This document shows, piece by piece, positions 47,421 to 54,975 of a stretch of 64,000 nt of DNA. The notes under the pieces are model-generated. The model was not told the DNA's origin. It saw nothing but the letters and a program-made list of their open reading frames with translations, and did not search any database. The stretch is from a virus. The translations under genes and the position numbers were made by a program. The DNA is taken from IMG/VR virus record IMGVR_UViG_3300032397_000001; one strand, given 5' to 3'. Positions within the stretch are counted from its first letter, which is position 1; the number at the start of each line of letters is the position of its first letter.

Positions 47421-48440
47421 ATGCCTAAAGTACAACTCAAGAAGCTCTTGAAGCCTGTCAAGTTTGAGGCAAGCCTTCATATCGAGAAGATTCAGGAAGT
47501 TCCTGAGTCTGATCAAAGCAATGCTGAAATCAAACGCATTGTTGAAGGTTATGCAATTGTTGCAGGTAACGTTGACGAGCAGAGAGATCGTATTGAACCC
47601 AGTGCTCTAGCGAAAGCAGTAGAGTACCTTAAGAGCTATACTACTGTTCTGTTTAATCATGATCCGAATCGACCCATTGGCAAGATTCTCGACATTGCAG
47701 TGCGCGAAGCCAAAATCTGGGTGAAGGTGCTCATCAGTAATTCCGAAGATGAAATCTGGGGTAAGGTTGTAGAGAAGATTATTAACAGTTTCTCTATCAG
47801 TGGAGAAATCGATGAATTCGCTTATGAATATGACAAGGCTCTACAATCTCAGGTTCGGGTCATAAAGAGTTTTAGGGTGTATGAAATTTCTTTGGTTTCA
47901 GTACCCGCAAATTCTGAGGCTAAGACTTTTAACGCGTATATTTCCAAATCGCTTCAGGACGCAGGGTACAGTTTTGAGTCTACGAATGAGGACCAATCGA
48001 ATGTATCGGAAATGCTTGAGTTCCTTAACATTGGCATGGAGGTCGTGAAAGCTATGGACTGGAAAGAAAAACTCACAAAGGCAATCAAGGCGTTGGGTGA
48101 TGTGGCCGCAAAGATCGAAGATGCGCAGGTTCGGGATACTCTCAAAGAGATCCAGAAACTGTTGACAGATGTGGCCGCAGAGGTTCCCCAGAATTATCCC
48201 GCTGCCAACAAGGATCTCCAGGACGCGCTCGACAAAATCAAGGGCTTGGAAGGCAAGATTGGTAGTGTCGAGAAGACTCTTGCAGATCGTCTTGAAAAGG
48301 TGGAAAAGGATCTGGGGAGTGTCGATGAGATCCTCGGTGGTATGACCGAAATGCTCAAGTCCTCGGGCGAGACTGACGCAGCAGCTGCGGCGAAAGCTGC
48401 TGCGGCGGCGGCGAAAGGCACTCATATCAGCGCTGACTAA
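47421..48440 (+). CDS. HK97-family prohead protease with C-terminal coiled coil
   Basis: VEGYA, VD...D.I, LFNHD...PIG, SFSISG, YEISLVSVPAN. Confidence 0.92.
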   Translation: MPKVQLKKLLKPVKFEASLHIEKIQEVPESDQSNAEIKRIVEGYAIVAGNVDEQRDRIEPSALAKAVEYLKSYTTVLFNHDPNRPIGKILDIAVREAKIWVKVLISNSEDEIWGKVVEKIINSFSISGEIDEFAYEYDKALQSQVRVIKSFRVYEISLVSVPANSEAKTFNAYISKSLQDAGYSFESTNEDQSNVSEMLEFLNIGMEVVKAMDWKEKLTKAIKALGDVAAKIEDAQVRDTLKEIQKLLTDVAAEVPQNYPAANKDLQDALDKIKGLEGKIGSVEKTLADRLEKVEKDLGSVDEILGGMTEMLKSSGETDAAAAAKAAAAAAKGTHISAD

Positions 48441-48504
48441 CGACTTAAAGGGCCGAGAGCCATACTGGAACATGTAACGGTTTAACACAAAGGAGATAAG
48501 GCCC

Positions 48505-49866
48505 ATGAAAAATTTGGAGATAGCCAAGAAATTGATCCATGACGCAGCTCTGCTTCGTAAGACGCAGGCTGACCAGTCACAGGTCAATGAATTGGTCAAA
48601 ACGGCTATTGAGCAACAGATGAAGGCTCTCGGCGGTCAGCCCTCTCTGCGTAAAGGACAATTCAATCTCAGTATGGCGAATGCAGTTGCCGTCGGTGGCG
48701 CCAAGGGACAGCCTCTGCAGAAGGCTCTTCTGAGTCCGGCGGGTAAGGCTGATGATGCGCGCGAGTTCCAGAAGATGAGTGATACCGTATATATCACTTC
48801 GGTACTCGTCGGGTGCCATCCGACCGATCTTGAGTGTTACAAGATGCTCAGGAGCAACAAGCTGTTCAAGGACGCGTACTCGTCAGGCGATTTCGACGCT
48901 ACGTGGTGGTGGCCGGACACTCTTTCTCGTGACATGATCGAAGAGGTCGAGAAGGAGTTGAAGGTTGCGGCTCTCCACAGAACGATTCAGATGCCTACCA
49001 ACCCGTACAAGATCCCTGCGAAATCGGGTAGGACGAAAACTTATCTGGTTGGGGAGTCAACTGACGACGCGGGGACCAAGCCGTCTTCCAGCAAGGGGCC
49101 AACTCCTGGTACCGGTATCACCTTCGATGCAAAGAAGCTGATGGCGTATTCCATTGTGTCGGAGGAAACCAGCGAGGATATGGTCCTCCCCATCATTGAT
49201 CTCATCAAGGAAGATGTCGGGAAGTCCATGGCCGAGGCTATCGAGACTGCTGTTCTCAACGGTCAGATCGTTGCAGAGACCATCGATACCGCGGCAGCTT
49301 ATGCTGCGAACGATTCTGTTCGCGCATGGAATGGATATCGAGTGCACGCTCTTGGTGGTGGATGGACAGTTGACTTCTCAGGGTGGACCAAGTCAACGGC
49401 AGTTGACTTGATGAGGAAACTCAGGGCGACCATGGGAAGGTATGCTGTCGGAATCGACAAGCTGGCGTGGTTGGTATCCATCAATGGGTACAATCATCTG
49501 CTCAACACTGAAGAGATGTTGACCCTTGACAAGTACGGCGCCAATGCGACTCTGCTCAAAGGTGAGCTCGGAAGGTTTGATAACATTCCGATCATCATCA
49601 CTGAGTTCCTTCCTGAGAATCTGAATGCATCAGGGGCTTACACTTCGGATGTCGACAACGACAATACTTGTGTTCTCTTGGTGTACAAGGATGGTTGGGT
49701 TCACGGTGAACGAGCAAGCTTTACTGTGAAACAGGGCGAGGAGATCAAGACGGACCAGAAGTATTTGATCTCTCGCGCTCGTAGGGATTTTCAGCCCCTT
49801 TATATGGGGACCTCGTATTCTCAGTCTATCGTTGCAGCTGGTTATGGCTTGCCCAATACCCTGTAG
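48505..49866 (+). CDS. Major capsid protein (HK97 fold)
   Basis: Follows the protease; P..LS..MIE, YLVGE, ITFDAKKL, SEE..ED, AIE.A.LNG, G.F.NIPII.TE.LP. Confidence 0.92.
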   Translation: MKNLEIAKKLIHDAALLRKTQADQSQVNELVKTAIEQQMKALGGQPSLRKGQFNLSMANAVAVGGAKGQPLQKALLSPAGKADDAREFQKMSDTVYITSVLVGCHPTDLECYKMLRSNKLFKDAYSSGDFDATWWWPDTLSRDMIEEVEKELKVAALHRTIQMPTNPYKIPAKSGRTKTYLVGESTDDAGTKPSSSKGPTPGTGITFDAKKLMAYSIVSEETSEDMVLPIIDLIKEDVGKSMAEAIETAVLNGQIVAETIDTAAAYAANDSVRAWNGYRVHALGGGWTVDFSGWTKSTAVDLMRKLRATMGRYAVGIDKLAWLVSINGYNHLLNTEEMLTLDKYGANATLLKGELGRFDNIPIIITEFLPENLNASGAYTSDVDNDNTCVLLVYKDGWVHGERASFTVKQGEEIKTDQKYLISRARRDFQPLYMGTSYSQSIVAAGYGLPNTL

Positions 49867-49902
49867 TTGATAGTCTGGGAAGTTCATAGATGTGTACAAT
49901 GA

Positions 49903-49934
49903 AGAGAAGCAGGTAGGGCCCTACCTGCTTCTCT
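49903..49934. terminator. Perfect 32-bp palindrome after the capsid gene (terminator or regulatory hairpin)
   Basis: AGAGAAGCAGGTAGGG|CCCTACCTGCTTCTCT. Confidence 0.7.
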
Positions 49935-49953
49935 GTTCTGAGCAGGTAGACTG

Positions 49954-50562
49954 ATGATCGGTGATGCAAATGAGTTTGCGACATATCTGGGAATTTCTCC
50001 TTTAGAGGATACTGTCACCGGTTCCGCCCGCGCAAATTTATCTCTTGAACTCGCCCAAGGTTTTATCGAATTCATTATCAGTTACCCTCTTGAGCTTGCA
50101 GATCGATCTGTGGTACTTGATGGCACAGGCACTTCTAATATCTTTCTTCCTAATTTTCCAGTTACTTCAATAACATCCGCACAGTATTTTGATGAGAGTG
50201 ACCAAGAATGGAAAGATTACACCGTTTCCAAGATTAGATGCAATGGTCAGACAGGAGAAGTCTATTGTGGCAATGATGATAATATAACTAAGTGGCCTAT
50301 TGGATTCCAGAATATAAGGATTAATTACAGGCAGGGATTCGATTTCTCTGCAAGTCCATTAGATTCAATGGCTGCAAGTTTGAAATTTGCTTTGTACGAG
50401 ATTGCGGGGTTGCTATTTAACAATTCAGGCATCCTCTCTTTCCTTTCTGTTGATGATGGAATGAATCGACAACGATTTTTCAATCAAAATGTGATGCATA
50501 TGATTAGTCCAGAAATTACCCTTATTTTAACTTCAGCTGGAAAACGGGGTGATGCACGATAA
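49954..50562 (+). CDS. Head-tail connector (adaptor) protein
   Basis: YLGI, LDG.G...IFLPNFPV..I, WP.G.QNI.I.Y..GF; position after the capsid gene. Confidence 0.75.
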   Translation: MIGDANEFATYLGISPLEDTVTGSARANLSLELAQGFIEFIISYPLELADRSVVLDGTGTSNIFLPNFPVTSITSAQYFDESDQEWKDYTVSKIRCNGQTGEVYCGNDDNITKWPIGFQNIRINYRQGFDFSASPLDSMAASLKFALYEIAGLLFNNSGILSFLSVDDGMNRQRFFNQNVMHMISPEITLILTSAGKRGDAR

Positions 50563-51111
50563 ATGGGACTTAGTGATGCATACTTTTATAAGCGTACTGA
50601 GTTTCTATTCGATGGAGTTTTAGTGGGTGTTCGATTCATCGATATAGATGTTTCTCCTTGGGGTTTCATTCGAGTTTCAGGTGATAGCGTAGTTCAAGTT
50701 GAAGGGCAAATGGAAGGTGAATCAGTTTCAGAAGATGTAGGGAAAATTTCTTCATACCGTTTTGATCGTGTGTTAACTATCACTCCAAAAGAATTAAGTT
50801 TTACTGGCAGAGTATTTGTAGTAGACTCGAATGGTGTTAAGGTACCTACAAATAGATTCCTATTCAAAATACCAGTATATGTAAATTACCCTTTTCTTCG
50901 ACAAAGTGCAGCAGTAAGAACTCAACAAGAACCCGGTATAATTTCTGTTGATGACGTAATACAATTATCAGTGATTCATTTGGGACTTGAGAATGTAGAA
51001 GTTGGAGATTTGGTCAAGATAGATAATAAGATATTTACAGTACGTAACATCAAGCGCGTGCTCAACAGATGGATGATTCAAGCAGTAATACAAGATGCCC
51101 CTCCAATTTAG
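50563..51111 (+). CDS. Putative head-closure protein
   Basis: Position; C-terminal VEVGDLVKID..IFTV pattern. Confidence 0.5.
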   Translation: MGLSDAYFYKRTEFLFDGVLVGVRFIDIDVSPWGFIRVSGDSVVQVEGQMEGESVSEDVGKISSYRFDRVLTITPKELSFTGRVFVVDSNGVKVPTNRFLFKIPVYVNYPFLRQSAAVRTQQEPGIISVDDVIQLSVIHLGLENVEVGDLVKIDNKIFTVRNIKRVLNRWMIQAVIQDAPPI

Positions 51112-51475
51112 GACTATAAAGAGACCCGAACTTTCTTTCGACAAAATTGAAAAGGCAAAACAGCTTGCATTAGAACAAATTGGTAATCTTATTTTTCAGG
51201 AGCTGTTCGTTTTAACATCAGGGCGTGTAGGTGGTGACAAAGATGCGGTAGGAGCCAAAACAGGAACTCTCAGACGAAGTTTGAGAATGGATTTTATCGG
51301 TGACGAAGTTCACGTTTACTTTAATCCTTCTGAAGCAGTACACGCTGGCTTTGTAATTGAAGGAACGCGATTCATTACAGGAAGGAACATAATAAATACA
51401 GCGTTGAATCGTGTTTCTGATAGTCAGGAGTTTCAACAGGTCAAGAAAGATTTTTTCAAAAATGCGTTTGGGTGA
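51095..51475 (+). CDS. HK97 gp10-like neck / tail-completion protein
   Basis: KTGTLRRS, HA.FVIEGT...GRN. Confidence 0.7.
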   Translation: MPLQFRTIKRPELSFDKIEKAKQLALEQIGNLIFQELFVLTSGRVGGDKDAVGAKTGTLRRSLRMDFIGDEVHVYFNPSEAVHAGFVIEGTRFITGRNIINTALNRVSDSQEFQQVKKDFFKNAFG

Positions 51476-51478
51476 CAA

Positions 51479-51883
51479 GTGAATTTAGACGTTGTTGCGA
51501 AATCTGTTATTGGCTTAATATTGTCTTTTGATAATGAGTCTGTTTTAAGTGGTGTTTATCATGCAGAAGATCCTGACCAAGTTCCATCGCAAGTTCCAGT
51601 ATGCACCTTCGCCTTTGTACCTGCGCCCTACAGCAAAATTTTCGATGAATTTTACATGGAATGGACATTCTGGTTTAATAACCCCTTCTTCAGTAATGTT
51701 TCTGATATAGTGAATCGTATTGAGGAAAATTCAGACGAGTGGGTAGATTGTGTACAAGATGGAAAAGTTTTAGGTAGGGTATGGTTTCTTTTGAATCGGT
51801 CTCCTCAAACAGGTGGGCGTAACAATTTAAAGTATATTACCTTATTCATTAAGGTGCGTGCAACGTTTAATGAAATATGCTGA
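51479..51883 (+). CDS. Putative tail terminator
   Basis: Size and position before the tail tube; VY...P...VPV.TF pattern. Confidence 0.5.
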   Translation: MNLDVVAKSVIGLILSFDNESVLSGVYHAEDPDQVPSQVPVCTFAFVPAPYSKIFDEFYMEWTFWFNNPFFSNVSDIVNRIEENSDEWVDCVQDGKVLGRVWFLLNRSPQTGGRNNLKYITLFIKVRATFNEIC

Positions 51884-51901
51884 AGAGCCCTTAGAGCTTT
51901 T

Positions 51902-52186
51902 ATGGAGAGCATTATGAATGAGGGTAGCAAGTGGAAAGATGAAAAATGGAAGGACAAACCTTGGAAGTGTACAAACTGCTCTTTCTTGTTAGGGGTGCTA
52001 TCACAGGACTTAACTACATTAAGGATTAAGTGGCGTGATTTGTTTGTGACTGTGATCGAGGCTCAACAGGTGAAAGTGATTTGTCGGCGGTGTGGCCGCG
52101 AGAATGTCTTAATGGGTGGAACTCCAAAGGAAGTTGGCTCTAAACCTGGTGAAAATGGTCAATCATCTGTTAAGGCCAGTATATAA
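51902..52186 (+). CDS. Com-like zinc-ribbon protein (putative translational regulator)
   Basis: WKCTNCSFLLG...ICRRCGREN matches the Mu Com-type CxxCxxLL...CxRCxxxN layout; start may be ATG 51914. Confidence 0.65.
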   Translation: MESIMNEGSKWKDEKWKDKPWKCTNCSFLLGVLSQDLTTLRIKWRDLFVTVIEAQQVKVICRRCGRENVLMGGTPKEVGSKPGENGQSSVKASI

Positions 52187-52267
52187 TTTCAAAGCGAGAG
52201 CGTCTGGAATGCCCTGCTGGTGTAACACAAGGAGAATTGATAACAAATCAGTAGGGAGGAACTAGCA

Positions 52268-53416
52268 ATGCCATTCAATTTGCCAAAGTACAACACTTCC
52301 AGGTTCAGTATTGGTCCTTGCGTTGTCTATATGGCGCCCTTCTGTACTACCGGTACGGCGTGTATTCCCAGTACAGATGTGGGGGCTGTAAATGCAGGAG
52401 CAACTCTGACGACAACTCGTGAGAAGACGGAAATCTTTCAGGGATTTCCCAAAACGTTGGTTGATCAGCTCGCGACCCAGGAAACTGCAACTCTCAAGTT
52501 TGAATCGATTGAATGGAATCTTGCCAACTTGGCTAAGGCGCTCGGTACGGGAATTCTGGATGTTGGGTCGGACGCCGTTGGATCGACGCCCTCGCCCATA
52601 AGCCTTACCGGTATTGGGACAGGTCCTTACGTTGGGACGATCACCATCGCGGCTGGTTTGGCAATTGTTCCTGGTTCCGTTCAGATCTTGGATGGTACCT
52701 TAGTTGAAGAGAGCGACGATGGCAACGAAAGCTTCGCGGTTGGTACGGGAACCGTTGATTATGGGACAGGAGCTGTCGAGTATACCTTCGATGTCTCACC
52801 AACGGGGACAGTCATGGCTAGCTGTCAACTCGGCGAGCTCGTTTGTGCTGCTGGAGCGATCGATCTGATGACTCTGTTTCTCAAGTGGCCTTATGTCACC
52901 CCAGATTCTGTAACCATTACCGCTCAGCATGCTGCTGGTGCGCTGGTGGTCACAGATGATGGATCTGGCGGTTTGTCTGGTGACACCGCGGTACCTGGAT
53001 CCGGAGAAGCTGCGAACTCAATCGAGTATGAAACGGGGAAGATTTCGGTCAAGTTCAGTTCAGCGCTAGTAGCTGGCGCTGTGGTTGTGGCAACCTACAA
53101 TGGTACCATGACTGAAACCCTGAGTTTCGGTGGTGAGATCTCCTTCCAGGAGGTGGCAATCAAGCTCGTTCACCAAACGCCGAAGGGGATGACCATCACA
53201 GTCAAGATCTGGAAGGCACAAGGGTCCGGTGCGGTTGAGATGAACTTTGGAAATGATCCTCACGCTTTCCCGATGGAGTTCAGTGGAATGGTGCCCTTCG
53301 ATCCTTGCCTCAAGCAGATTGTGGACTGGGAGGGTAACCTTCTCGTACCTGGTAAACAGCTGTTTGAGGTCACGATCACCAAGGCGGCTAACACCTGCGC
53401 AAGTCAGTGTAGCTAA
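52268..53416 (+). CDS. Major tail tube protein with internal duplicated beta-domain insertion
   Basis: Strong RBS, GC-rich codons, terminator downstream, followed by chaperones and tape measure. Confidence 0.75.
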   Translation: MPFNLPKYNTSRFSIGPCVVYMAPFCTTGTACIPSTDVGAVNAGATLTTTREKTEIFQGFPKTLVDQLATQETATLKFESIEWNLANLAKALGTGILDVGSDAVGSTPSPISLTGIGTGPYVGTITIAAGLAIVPGSVQILDGTLVEESDDGNESFAVGTGTVDYGTGAVEYTFDVSPTGTVMASCQLGELVCAAGAIDLMTLFLKWPYVTPDSVTITAQHAAGALVVTDDGSGGLSGDTAVPGSGEAANSIEYETGKISVKFSSALVAGAVVVATYNGTMTETLSFGGEISFQEVAIKLVHQTPKGMTITVKIWKAQGSGAVEMNFGNDPHAFPMEFSGMVPFDPCLKQIVDWEGNLLVPGKQLFEVTITKAANTCASQCS

Positions 53417-53431
53417 AGGGCCTCACTTTCA

Positions 53432-53472
53432 GGAGGTGGAAAGAGTTTAGGTTCTTTCCACCTCCGCTCTTT
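53432..53472 (+). terminator. Hairpin terminator after the tail tube gene
   Basis: GGAGGTGGAAAGA-gtttaggt-TCTTTCCACCTCC. Confidence 0.7.
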
Positions 53473-53495
53473 CTCGATGAAGGGAGGTGCGAACA

Positions 53496-53693
53496 ATGGC
53501 AATCGACTATGGAAACACGGATGTGAAAACCCAACCTCGAGTTTCGGGACCCAAGGTTACTTCTGGGTCAAAGGAAGTCAGAGTTGCCCTACCTGGAATT
53601 TCCCCTCAGCCCAATGTGGGGAATCAGAGGGCGAAGGGTACCCTCGGCGTGGTGAAGCCGCCTAGCCCCAAGGCCGGTGCGGGTGGTGGTTAA
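53496..53693 (+). CDS. Small Gly/Pro/Lys-rich protein
   Basis: GGGAGGTG RBS before ATG 53496; low-complexity basic 65 aa. Confidence 0.6.
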   Translation: MAIDYGNTDVKTQPRVSGPKVTSGSKEVRVALPGISPQPNVGNQRAKGTLGVVKPPSPKAGAGGG

Positions 53694-53732
53694 CCCGAGT
53701 CTCAGGACGGTGTATCGGAAACCCTCCTTGAT

Positions 53733-53761
53733 GGGGCGGCATTAAGACCGCCCCCGTTTTT
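53733..53761 (+). terminator. Rho-independent terminator
   Basis: GGGGCGG-cattaaga-CCGCCCC followed by CGTTTTT. Confidence 0.75.
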
Positions 53762-53801
53762 CTACTTTCTAATTTCCTTAGAGGAATAGAGGAGAAAGAA
53801 A

Positions 53802-54344
53802 ATGACAGAGTCTACGTCGGTTGATTCCAAGGTGATTATCCCTGAACTTATTATTCCCCTCAAGTTCACACTCTCCAAGGTTAATGGTGATCCCGTTGAC
53901 ATTCCTTCAGTTCTATCTTGGGGAAAAGAGAAAAAGGTTTTGGCTATTGTTGGCCAGGCTTTCAAAAAGCTTATGCCTGACAGTAAGGATAAGAAATCTT
54001 CCTTTGACGCAAATGATTTTCTTGACTTCCTGAATACTCTTCCTGAATTCTCTCAGAATGAGGAACTCAAAAGAACTGTCTCTTCCGCGGTCACCAAGTA
54101 TAATCTCACCCAAACGGCTTTTGGTCGAATTGATGCGGCTGCTCTATTGCAGTTTTTCTCTTCTGAAGCTCCCACCTTGATTACCGATCTAGTTTCAATT
54201 GTTACGGCTACTCCGGCGAGCGATGTAGACGAAAACTTTGATGGCACCTCAGTTCTAGGATTCGCAATCCCTTACATTCTTCATGCAATGAGAAAGTACG
54301 CCGGATCTTTTGCAGCTGCGACGCCAATATCTCCTCTCGAGTGA
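53802..54344 (+). CDS. Tail assembly chaperone (putative)
   Basis: Between the tail tube and tape measure; GAGGAG RBS. Confidence 0.6.
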   Translation: MTESTSVDSKVIIPELIIPLKFTLSKVNGDPVDIPSVLSWGKEKKVLAIVGQAFKKLMPDSKDKKSSFDANDFLDFLNTLPEFSQNEELKRTVSSAVTKYNLTQTAFGRIDAAALLQFFSSEAPTLITDLVSIVTATPASDVDENFDGTSVLGFAIPYILHAMRKYAGSFAAATPISPLE

Positions 54345-54357
54345 GATTGTCTAGTGA

Positions 54358-54975
54358 ATGTACAAAACTCGATGGGTGAAGAGCCTTTCAGGGAAGTGGT
54401 ATAAGTTTAGGACTCCTGTCTCATTGGAGTTGGAATTAAATCTGGTCTCCCTGCTGCAGTCTTCATTAGATCCCTTGTCTGTGATTTCAGATGCTGTTTC
54501 TGAAATTCTTGATCTTTCCCCTGTTGTAGTTGACGCAGAATTTACTGGTGATCAAATACTTAATGTTTTTAACTTAGCCTTTCCCAAGGTAAATCCTGAA
54601 GAGTCCTCTCAAAAGCTTGAAGAGGTTCAAATTAATTTAGAGAAGGAGGGTGGATCGCTTATTGATTCGTTATCGAAGATGTTAACTTTTTTGACGTTCT
54701 ATGGGCGATTTCAACCTTCTGAAATTCTGAGATTGCCTAGAGCAACCGTTGAAGAAATTCTTAGAGAAACTACCGGGCTACTTGAGGCCGATAAGAAGTT
54801 TCAGTTTGAACTCTCTGTAGTTCATGCTTTAGGTATGATCTTCGGAGAGGGCAAATCGTCAGGCTCAAGTAGCTCTTCGTTTAATAAGGATACTGTAGAT
54901 CTTTCGAATATAGGTGAAGAGGATCTCGGTAAAATTCCTCCTGATATGAGGAGTTTTATAAAGGTAGTCAAGTAA
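54358..54975 (+). CDS. Second tail assembly chaperone (putative; N-half paralogous to the previous gene)
   Basis: VISDAVSEILDL...VDAEFTG resembles LITDLVSIVTAT...VDENFDG; C-half has a T-protein-like PSEILRLP. Confidence 0.55.
   Translation: MYKTRWVKSLSGKWYKFRTPVSLELELNLVSLLQSSLDPLSVISDAVSEILDLSPVVVDAEFTGDQILNVFNLAFPKVNPEESSQKLEEVQINLEKEGGSLIDSLSKMLTFLTFYGRFQPSEILRLPRATVEEILRETTGLLEADKKFQFELSVVHALGMIFGEGKSSGSSSSSFNKDTVDLSNIGEEDLGKIPPDMRSFIKVVK

Noticed and set aside
48380-48477. Possible frameshift in the Ala-rich protease tail giving an alternative end RKALISALTNDLKGREPYWNM
   Set aside because: No slippery site, the annotated frame ends normally, and the downstream sequence is explained by the leader motif shared with the tail-tube gene.
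47898-49899. Long minus-strand ORFs (e.g. 233 aa at 47898-48599) opposite the protease and capsid genes
   Set aside because: Antisense shadows expected from GC3-rich codon use; no RBS or motifs. The same applies to the other short minus-strand ORFs in the track.
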